Source: a virus (Duplodnaviria > Caudoviricetes). Taken from it: a stretch of DNA of 62,328 nt. Position 1 is the stretch's first letter. Each line of letters begins with the position of its first letter. The position numbers were made by a program, and so were the translations under genes. Location: positions 1-62,328 of the IMG/VR virus record IMGVR_UViG_3300028024_000186; one strand, 5' to 3'. The notes under the pieces were generated by a model, which did not search any database, had not been told where the DNA came from, and was given only the letters and a program-made list of their open reading frames with translations. This document shows positions 55,801-62,328 of the stretch, in pieces.

Positions 55801-58800
55801 GTGCTGCTCGGATTTTCGTCGATGACAGGGGCGCGCGCCGGGTATCTCGCCAATTACGAACAGGGCTGGAAGGGCGCCGGCGCCATCACGCCCATGAGCA
55901 TGGATCAATTCAAATCCTGGCTCAAGGAAGGCGATACCACCAAGCCACTGAATCCCAAGGTGGGTAAGCCGAAGACGGAGAAACAGGCCAGTGCGGCGCG
56001 TGCGCAAGCAAGGAAAGTCGAGACGCCCGCAACATCGGCGGTCGAGCGGCAGAAGCCCAAGACCGAGAGGCAACTGAAGGCTGAGCGAGCATATGCCGCC
56101 CTCCTTCGGGAAAGCGAGAGGGCACGTGCCGCAGGGGATACGGAGAAGCTCGGTCTTCTGGCCGAGGATCTCGCAAAGGGGCTTGAGGAACGGAACGGCG
56201 CACGCGCTGAAGCCATGAGCGAGGAATTCAGGCGAAAGGTGGAGAGGCAGGGGAATTCCGCTAAGGACAAGCCCAAGACCGAGAAGCAGGCGCGCATCGC
56301 GCGCGCGGAGGCAGGCCCGGTAGAGAGTGGAGGCAAGCCTGAAGAATCGCCGATTCTCAAGCGAACCGCCCGCCCTGGACGGATGGCCGCGGACAATCTG
56401 CGCGCCAAGTTCACTCCCATCATCAAGCAATGGACGAACGGACCCAAGGGCGGCGTCGAGATCGTCCAGTCGGTCGATGATCTACCTGGGGATCTTGTGG
56501 ACTCCCTGCGCGCGTCTGGGGCTGGCGGGGACGTGCAGGGCTTCCTCCTCCCCAAGTCAAATAAGGTCTACCTAATCGCGGATAACCTGCCTAGCACTAA
56601 GCGCGCGCAAGAGGTGCTTTTTCACGAGGTCTATGGGCACAAGGGTCTGCGATCAATTCTGTCTGGTGAGCAGTATGTATCAATGATGGACCGCATCCGT
56701 CGCGCCAATCCGAAGATTGCCGAAGCGGCAGATACTTGGTTTGCTCAGTTCGGTGGAGACGCACTCCGCGCAAACATGGCTACCGGGCAGGCATATGACG
56801 AGGCGCACCACAATGCTGAGCTATTGGCCGTAGAAGAGGCGCTGGCCGACATGGCGGCCACCGTGCCGGTAGCAGGGCCGGTGCGCAAGTTGCTCGCGGC
56901 TCTGCAGGCCGGTCTGCGAAAGATCGGCCTGCATGCCGTTGCCGACTGGATGGAGGGTAAGAGCGAGGCGGAGACGTTCGCGCTGCTGCGCGACGCGCGC
57001 GCGGCAGTGTTCGGCGTTACCCGCAGTGGGAAGATGCATGTTCTCTCCGACCGCGGTGCGATGGCGCTCTCGCGGAAGGATTCGGCGGCGGCAGATGACT
57101 ATCGCTTCGCCACCGAGGTGATGACGGAACTTGCGGCACATGACGAACTGTTCAAGTGGCCACCGAGTGGCGCCCATACCTTGGATGGAGTCTTGGCAGA
57201 TATTGACCCTACGATCAAGGTCGTGGGCGATGCAACGCGCGAGGACGAGCGCGATGAATCCGGTGCGGAGCGCCGCACGCTCGTGCGCACCAGCAACGAC
57301 CAGGATGCCTACGTCTTCGAGCGCGGCCGCGATGTGTGGCTTGATGTGAGCCGGCTGGACCCCGGTAGCGGTGGCGATGCCATCTACCAGGCGGTCGCCA
57401 ACTACGCTCTGAACGCGCGCAAGCGGTTCATCGGCGATCCTGCTGGCCTGAGCCCGGCCGCCATCGTGCGCCGGACCTATCACATGCTCGGCTCGGCGCT
57501 GCGCTTCGGCACCACCGAACATTTCCAGCCGGCGCCAGAGCAGATCAAAGGCTTGCCGGACCAGGGCATTCCTCCGCTAGAATGGAGGGGCAGCGACGCG
57601 GACAAGTTGGCCGCACTCGCAAAGAACTTTGCCGATACCCTCCACCACCTCAACCCCGAACTGCGCAATGTCCGATACGATTTTGACCGAGCTAAATTCT
57701 TTGACGGCAACGTCGAAGTGGCTCGAGGCGATCTCCCGGCGCTTGCCCCCCGAGGAAGTGGTGCGGCGCGCGCAGGGAGCCGAACGGTTGCGGCAAGCGT
57801 TGTGCTCGCAAGCCTGGCACGCGCAACGAGCAGCCAAAAATCCGGACTACTGGCACGAGCTTTACGACAGTCGGGTCAACTGGTAGCCGGGGGGCTCGGC
57901 CCGCTCTTCAGCCGCTCGACCGGCGCGCGCTGGCAGGCGCCTGACCCGACTCGGATGGATCGCCTGATCTACGAACTGCAGGACAGGCAGATCGATCTGA
58001 GGCGCGTGCAGACCGCCATTCGCGAGCAGGTCGGGAGCATCCCGGAATCGTTCGACGCCTACCAGAAGGAAGAGTCCTACCACGGGCGCGTCGCGGCACG
58101 CACCGCCCAATTTCTCCAGCGCGAACTGCGTCCCCTCATCGAGGACTTGCGCGTGCGCAAGATCAGCATGGAGGAGCTGGAGGCCTTCTTGTGGGCTCGC
58201 CACGCCCGTGAGCGCAATGCCCAGATCGCCAGCATCAACCCCGACTTCCCGGACGGCGGATCAGGCCTGACCGACCGACAGGCAGCCAGTTATTTCGCTG
58301 GCGCAGACGTGAAGGACTCCGCCGGCGAGATCATCATCAAGGGTATGGACAAGGCCAAACTGGCCGATCTCAAGGCGCTGGCCGCGCGCGTCGATACCAT
58401 GAATGCCGGCACGCAGCAGGTACTGATCCAGTACGGCCTGGAGAACCCCGATACCATCCAGGCATGGTCCAGAACGTACAAGCACTACGTGCCGCTCAAG
58501 CGCGAGGACATGGACGGGGTCACGCCAATCGGGCAGGGCTTTTCCGTCAAGGGCTCGGCCAGCAAGCGAGCAATGGGTTCCGGCCGTAGGGTGGCCGACA
58601 TCCTCGCGAACGTCGCGCTCGCGCGCGAGGCGGCGATTACTCGCGGCGAGAAGAACCGCGTCACGCTGGCGCTCTACGGCCTGGCCCTGACCAACGTCAA
58701 TCCGGGATTCTGGACCACGGACAAGCCGCCCACGGTGCAGAAGATTCATCCGACGACCGGCAAGGTCATCAAGATCCCTGACCCATCCTACCTGAGCCGG

Positions 58801-60537
58801 GATAACGTCATCGTGCTGCGCGTGCGGGGCGAAGATCGCTCGATTGCCTTCAATGAGAAGGACCCACGCGCGATGCGCATTGCGTCCTCGCTCAAGAACC
58901 TGGACGTCCAGCCCTTTGGCGAAATCATGGGCGCAGTTGCCCGGACCACGCGCTACCTGGCAGCCATCAACACCCAATATAACCCGGTCTTCGGTTTGCT
59001 CAATGCGGTGCGCGATGTCCAGGGAGCTGCGCTCAACCTGACCACGACGCCCATTTCCGACAAGCGATCCTTCGTATTGCTCAATGCGCCCGCCGCCATG
59101 CGGGCCATCTGGCAGGTGGAGCGGCACGACAACAGCGCAAGCCCGTGGGCCAAACTGTACGAGCAGCTTCAACTTGCCGGCGGTACCACGGGGTACCGGG
59201 AAATCTTCCGCACAGGCAAGGACAAGGCTGAGTCCCTGCAGAAGGAAATCGATTCCCTGGATCGCGGCGCACCGCGCAAGGCTCTCGACTACACGCTGAA
59301 CTGGCTAGACCACTACAACACGGCAATCGAAAATGCGATCCGGCTTACTGCCTTCAAGGCGGCTCTCGACAAGGGCCTGAGCGAGGAGCGCGCGGGCAGC
59401 GTTGCGAAGAACCTGACGGTCAACTTCAATCGGCGCGGGCGCATGGGCCGGGAGCTTGGCTCGCTGTACGCCTTCTTCAACGCGGCAGTGCAGGGCACCG
59501 CCCGGATGATGGAAACGCTGGACCCGCACACACGCCACGGCAAGGCGATCATCGTGGGCGGCGTATTGTTCGGCGTCATCCAGGCGCTGGTCGCCGCGGC
59601 CGCGATGGATGAGGACGACTGGGACGCCATCCCGGAATTCACGAAGCAGCGCAATTTCATCATCCCGATGGGCAAGTCCTACGCGATGATCCCGATGCCG
59701 CTGGGCTTCAACGTGCTACCGAACATCGGCCGCATCCTGACGGAGGCTGTCAGGACAGGTGGCGAGAAGTGGCGCAAGCAGTTGCCCGACCTGCTGGGCG
59801 TGCTGCTGGACAACGCCAACCCACTGGGCTCCGGCACCTTCGCGCAGATCCTGGCGCCGACTGTTGCCGACCCCATTGTCGCCCTGGCCGAGAACAAGGA
59901 CTTCACCGGGAAGGCGATTTTCAAGGAAGACCAGAATGCCATGCGCCCGAAGCCCGGCTTCCAGCGCGCCAAGGACACGGCCAGCACGGTATCGAAGGGC
60001 ATCGCCTTCGGCGCGAACTGGGCCACGGGTGGAACCGCCTATACCCCCGGGCTGGTGTCTCCTACCCCAGATCAGCTTGACTACATCTTCGGCACCGTCA
60101 CCGGCGGCCTCGGACGAGAGGTGAACAAGGTCTACCAGACGACTGAACTGATGGTGAAGGGAAAGGATGTCCCCGAGTACAAAAAGCCAATCATCGGACG
60201 CTTTTATGGCGACTTCGAGGGCGACGCCGATACCGCGGGCCGGTACTGGAATGTGGTGCGCGAGGTCAATGAGAAGCGCAACGAGTTTTCTGGCCGCATC
60301 AAGGATGGCGGCGATGCTGCCGGCTACCTGGCCAAGCATCCTGAGTTGCAGTTGTCGAAGGCTATCGACAAGTCCCAGCAAGCGATCAGCAAACTGCGCA
60401 AAACCAAGGATCAGATCGAGCAGGCGCCCGGCATGAAAGAGGCAGACCGGACGGCGGCGATGGATGCAGTCGACAAGCAGACGACCGCGGTCATGGAGTC
60501 GATCATCGATCTGGAGAAGAAGATCAAGTCAAAGTGA
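52822..60537 (+). CDS. Giant polyvalent virion protein: SLT transglycosylase, FtsK-gamma-like wHTH, InPase-like, zincin-like and LPD38-like domains
   Basis: QES..GGMQVMP; SVAVIQRNLR.DY..A......ME.DGIV; AGNYKMGH..IENPRGS..HYGY..GADGDHVDVF; HEVYGH; NLTVNFNRRG..LYAFFNA.VQG. Confidence 0.85.
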   Translation: MALQDFGSLSLTNSPTGAQGKAGAPRAGGKTTPLDSATIDRIIAEEGADNIKPTALGIYGQESTGGTNAVRSIDGAEGGMQVMPDTFKRIAKPGERIDNPEDNFRVGVRYLKLMSDQFGVDPARLAVGYFSGEGNVNPSGDTPYKVDKKDGNGKYVSSYVRDVLARVGNAVVPDAKAADEPKSKPIDLSGVPAYRDFIAQPKWQELNDEQRGRARGAYFDRYLASQLPEGRRTAQREAFLARAQKFEADNKQADTYDQIKTGIAEVGGAIMRSLGSGADSSDGASVDPDALTAPTDESSKIGVMGSVRAPESASTSRAPVTQEFRAEFGRAYDAATPEQRQQMAQDGGVVGQLARERMGLADSLPSGARAVVDRAQAQLTQPVPAGTIGPIQGPAPTTGSVASGLANSLYSGAVKTRAGLRAAVADAAGSREGQEAARREVAGAQLLDSTTTPAFESPTAAGIYSGAASTLQNIPAVAAAIATRNPAIATGTMVAPMLPQQYGVYREAGATPAQAGLGAAAYAASEYLTERMPMGVLVNKFGRVGATRFIADLLAKELPSEQVATLAQDAIDQAVTQPDKTWGEYLRERPGAAYQTLLATLTQSALMGGASAGVNAVNRAAERNAAEGARDQAMNKAAAFAQPLRPKHASTAAAEQVVREMAAEAGMDTADLLPAEASPAAQPAPAGAGEAPVSAEPSAAAVAAPQTAEAAMPAAPTVASQASESPDIAEMSNAILAAEAARGEPNGSASAVPAEPVDPRGVAPDAGMGVDLAAGRAGSVQGGDDGRASAAPAGVAGADVVSGADGAADGQPALSDRYAQAVDIVRKSRSPSVAVIQRNLRTDYSTATGMLAQMERDGIVTAPNERGVRSVIEQHAPAAVLDASAHEAATSPQNDLPEPTDAQKQAGNYKMGHTTLHGLDITIENPRGSTRSGTDAGGKAWSVEMANHYGYLKRTEGADGDHVDVFIGPKPESGKVFVVDQIDPRTGNFDEHKVLLGFSSMTGARAGYLANYEQGWKGAGAITPMSMDQFKSWLKEGDTTKPLNPKVGKPKTEKQASAARAQARKVETPATSAVERQKPKTERQLKAERAYAALLRESERARAAGDTEKLGLLAEDLAKGLEERNGARAEAMSEEFRRKVERQGNSAKDKPKTEKQARIARAEAGPVESGGKPEESPILKRTARPGRMAADNLRAKFTPIIKQWTNGPKGGVEIVQSVDDLPGDLVDSLRASGAGGDVQGFLLPKSNKVYLIADNLPSTKRAQEVLFHEVYGHKGLRSILSGEQYVSMMDRIRRANPKIAEAADTWFAQFGGDALRANMATGQAYDEAHHNAELLAVEEALADMAATVPVAGPVRKLLAALQAGLRKIGLHAVADWMEGKSEAETFALLRDARAAVFGVTRSGKMHVLSDRGAMALSRKDSAAADDYRFATEVMTELAAHDELFKWPPSGAHTLDGVLADIDPTIKVVGDATREDERDESGAERRTLVRTSNDQDAYVFERGRDVWLDVSRLDPGSGGDAIYQAVANYALNARKRFIGDPAGLSPAAIVRRTYHMLGSALRFGTTEHFQPAPEQIKGLPDQGIPPLEWRGSDADKLAALAKNFADTLHHLNPELRNVRYDFDRAKFFDGNVEVARGDLPALAPRGSGAARAGSRTVAASVVLASLARATSSQKSGLLARALRQSGQLVAGGLGPLFSRSTGARWQAPDPTRMDRLIYELQDRQIDLRRVQTAIREQVGSIPESFDAYQKEESYHGRVAARTAQFLQRELRPLIEDLRVRKISMEELEAFLWARHARERNAQIASINPDFPDGGSGLTDRQAASYFAGADVKDSAGEIIIKGMDKAKLADLKALAARVDTMNAGTQQVLIQYGLENPDTIQAWSRTYKHYVPLKREDMDGVTPIGQGFSVKGSASKRAMGSGRRVADILANVALAREAAITRGEKNRVTLALYGLALTNVNPGFWTTDKPPTVQKIHPTTGKVIKIPDPSYLSRDNVIVLRVRGEDRSIAFNEKDPRAMRIASSLKNLDVQPFGEIMGAVARTTRYLAAINTQYNPVFGLLNAVRDVQGAALNLTTTPISDKRSFVLLNAPAAMRAIWQVERHDNSASPWAKLYEQLQLAGGTTGYREIFRTGKDKAESLQKEIDSLDRGAPRKALDYTLNWLDHYNTAIENAIRLTAFKAALDKGLSEERAGSVAKNLTVNFNRRGRMGRELGSLYAFFNAAVQGTARMMETLDPHTRHGKAIIVGGVLFGVIQALVAAAAMDEDDWDAIPEFTKQRNFIIPMGKSYAMIPMPLGFNVLPNIGRILTEAVRTGGEKWRKQLPDLLGVLLDNANPLGSGTFAQILAPTVADPIVALAENKDFTGKAIFKEDQNAMRPKPGFQRAKDTASTVSKGIAFGANWATGGTAYTPGLVSPTPDQLDYIFGTVTGGLGREVNKVYQTTELMVKGKDVPEYKKPIIGRFYGDFEGDADTAGRYWNVVREVNEKRNEFSGRIKDGGDAAGYLAKHPELQLSKAIDKSQQAISKLRKTKDQIEQAPGMKEADRTAAMDAVDKQTTAVMESIIDLEKKIKSK

Positions 60538-60788
60538 GGTAGTTGGTGGTCCCCATCCAGCAAGCGTGATTGTGGTTACAAAACCATCTATGCGTGCGGC
60601 GCGGGAAAGGTCTACGATTTATACCAAGTTTCGAGTGCCCTCAGTTTCGAAGTTGGTCAACCTGCTCTTAGCATTCGCAGTTATTTGACTATCCTCGTAG
60701 TAAGGGTCGTGCTTGGCACGAAACGAGGTGAGCCCCTGAGTGTTGGAGCACCCAGGGGCCCGTAGCGCAATCGGCCTAAAGGAAACCA

Positions 60789-60866
60789 ATGTCAGCGCTA
60801 AGCGTGATCATGTTGGCCATGATCAAGGTATGCGAAGCTGTTCTGTTGATACTCACAATTCTGTAA
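60789..60866 (+). CDS. 25-aa hydrophobic peptide, type I toxin candidate
   Basis: AAAGGA RBS; MSALSVIMLAMIKVCEAVLLILTIL; hairpins on both sides. Confidence 0.55.
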   Translation: MSALSVIMLAMIKVCEAVLLILTIL

Positions 60867-60881
60867 GGGAGCATCCGAGCC

Positions 60882-60909
60882 AGCCACTGCCGAGAGGCGG
60901 TGGCTCTTC
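60882..60909 (+). terminator. Hairpin / terminator after the small ORF
   Basis: agccactgcc-gaga-ggcggtggct-ctt. Confidence 0.55.
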
Positions 60910-61045
60910 GCACGATCTCATTCTTGGGCAGCGCCACGCTGAGGTCAAGAGTAATCGCATTTCGTTACTGGTGCGCATCGGACCGCGCCTTCTTTGTGGG
61001 TAGTCCGCAGGGTGCATGCCATCCGGCAGCGTCCCGTGCCTCCAC

Positions 61046-61363
61046 CTAGGCGGCATTGAAAAAATCGTCAAGTTCCACCGGCATGCCGCCCGGCTCATCC
61101 TGCAGCAGGCATGGCTCGCCCTTCAATTCGCGTTCCATCGCGTCAATGATATGGGGCAGCAGTCGTCTCGTGATCGGATCGTTCTGCACGACGCAGGAGT
61201 ACAGTTGACTACCGCGGCGGACGAGCGCGCGCAGGCGCGCCACCTCCCAAAGCAACGCACGCACTTCGGGGGAAGAGTTGCTCTTGAGCATAGCGCGCAA
61301 CTCGGCCGCCGTCAGTGGCTTCCGGAAAGCCTTTGCTGGGCGCTTCTGTTCCTGCTCGTTCAT
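61046..61363 (-). CDS. Putative SOS-inducible hypothetical protein (start could instead be 61417)
   Basis: PLTAAELR...EVRALLWEVARLR motif; LexA box upstream. Confidence 0.7.
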   Translation of the reverse strand: MNEQEQKRPAKAFRKPLTAAELRAMLKSNSSPEVRALLWEVARLRALVRRGSQLYSCVVQNDPITRRLLPHIIDAMERELKGEPCLLQDEPGGMPVELDDFFNAA

Positions 61364-61430
61364 CTTGCCATCGAGGACAGCCTGCGCCCAGACTCTGTTG
61401 TTGCCGCGAGGGTGCATGGCATTAGCTAGA

Positions 61431-61450
61431 TACTGTATGGATATACAGTA
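61431..61450. promoter_or_regulatory. LexA (SOS) box overlapping an extended -10 on the minus strand
   Basis: TACTGTATGGATATACAGTA matches the TACTGTATATATATACAGTA consensus at 18 of 20 positions; TGcTATACT on the minus strand. Confidence 0.88.
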
Positions 61451-61587
61451 TAGCAAGCCCCATCCGGAACGGGCGGTACAATGGCGCGGCTGGGTGTGCG
61501 AGTCCGCTCCAGCCCGGCACACAGTCAATGATAGCTACACCATTTCCGCACCAAACTCTCATATCAATTTGATTTTAAATGAAATGA

Positions 61588-61607
61588 GAGTCCCCTCCCT
61601 CGCACCA
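61588..61607 (+). other. attR core: 3' end of a tRNA (Leu-like)
   Basis: GAGT-CCCCT-CCCTCGC-A-CCA reads as T-loop end, T-stem, acceptor strand, discriminator and CCA; preceded by an AT-rich inverted repeat. Confidence 0.78.
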
Positions 61608-61699
61608 CCACCCATTCCGATGTAAACCACACTAAACCGCAAGACCCCCAATCTGGCGACCTGCTTCGGTTCGTCGGCCGTGCAGGGCGATCCGATGCG

Positions 61700-62104
61700 T
61701 CAGGCTTCGTGGGCCAGCGCCGCCAGTGCCGCCCGGGCGATGAAGCCGCTGCGGGTTTCATGGCGCTTCTCGACGTAGGTGTCGATCTTGTGCAGCACGA
61801 AGCGCGGCAGACTGATGTTGATGCGTTCCGGCTTGGAGTCCAGCTTGGTCACGTCAACATCGGCCAGCGCCCATACTGCGCCCGCGAACTCTTCTCTGGC
61901 CGCGAGTTCTTCGATGGACGAGCAAACGAAGTTCACCTCCTCGCCCAGCTCGACCATCGTCTCGATGTGGCTGCCGATGGCCTCTCTTGCGTTTCTGATG
62001 GCGTCCTCGATGGTGTCGCCGTAGGAGTAGCAGCCCGGCACGTCCGGAATGGTCACTCCATAGACGCTCCCATCGTCCTTATGGATTGCGATGGGAAATT
62101 CCAT
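61700..62104 (-). CDS. hicB: HicB antitoxin
   Basis: YGVTIPDVPGCYSYGDTIEDA..NAREAI; C-terminal RHH (RINISLP..TRSGFI). Confidence 0.93.
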   Translation of the reverse strand: MEFPIAIHKDDGSVYGVTIPDVPGCYSYGDTIEDAIRNAREAIGSHIETMVELGEEVNFVCSSIEELAAREEFAGAVWALADVDVTKLDSKPERINISLPRFVLHKIDTYVEKRHETRSGFIARAALAALAHEA

Positions 62105-62172
62105 GTCGATACTCCTTTCTGTTGCGTTCCGACTGACCCGCGAGCCGTATTTCCGGGGGAAGAATCACCGGC

Positions 62173-62328
62173 CTACAGGCCGGCGGTCTTCAGGATGTTG
62201 CGCACCGTCCCGAGTGGCAGATTTTTTTTCGGGTGCGGCACCGTGACCAGGAGTGGCTTCGTGGGGTGTTTGAAGTGGTGATGGCTGTCTTTGGTGCGAA
62301 CCATTTTCCACCCGTCTTGCTCGAGCAT
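62173..62328 (-). CDS. hicA: HicA toxin (N-terminus probably cut by the window edge)
   Basis: LEQDGWKMVRTKDSHHHFKHP...VTVPHPKKNLPLGTVRNILKTAGL. Confidence 0.9.
   Translation of the reverse strand: MLEQDGWKMVRTKDSHHHFKHPTKPLLVTVPHPKKNLPLGTVRNILKTAGL

Larger units (their letters stand above)
1..61607. mobile_element. Temperate prophage: lambdoid early region plus podovirus-type virion module; attL lies left of the window
   Basis: Integrase at the left end; immunity, replication, lysis, terminase, portal, capsid and tail genes in order; tRNA 3'-end duplication at 61588-61607. Confidence 0.95.

Noticed and set aside
60600-60660. Minus-strand CTCGAAA-N14-TAGACC as a seventh late promoter or divergent sRNA promoter
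   Set aside because: Mismatches in both elements and no clear transcript or terminator; too weak to call
61588-61607. Complete tRNA gene
   Set aside because: Only the last 20 nt are present; upstream sequence cannot form D or anticodon arms

Overview
The window holds an apparently near-complete, GC-rich temperate prophage (about 1..61607), probably from a betaproteobacterial host (inference), followed by a hicAB toxin-antitoxin pair outside the right att site. The left arm (minus strand) carries an excisionase-like gene, ASCH, a LAGLIDADG endonuclease, DUF5131, two DNA methyltransferases, DnaQ/YqaJ/ERF recombination genes and many small ORFs. The centre is a lambdoid cI/cro switch with five visible 16-bp operators, then replication, nin-like and lysis genes. 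The right arm is a podovirus-type virion module: terminase, portal, N4-gp56-like capsid, tail and ejection proteins, and a 2571-aa polyvalent protein. attR is the 3' end of a tRNA (Leu-like). Signals the ORF track does not explain: (1) a non-canonical promoter-like motif CTCGAATW-N13-(T/G)ANNNT at six sites, all ahead of late modules; (2) a fused CapRel-like toxSAS defence gene inserted at one of these motifs; (3) a 237-bp perfect duplication placing the same small domain in an early and a late operon; (4) a homing endonuclease that supplied a new 3' end to its host gene and fused to the old one; (5) an unannotated 25-aa hydrophobic ORF with type I TA-like architecture; (6) a near-consensus SOS box on a small gene, while the repressor lacks an autocleavage domain; (7) antisense genes fully overlapped by sense ORFs in the pR operon. 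All family calls come from motif recognition, not database searches.
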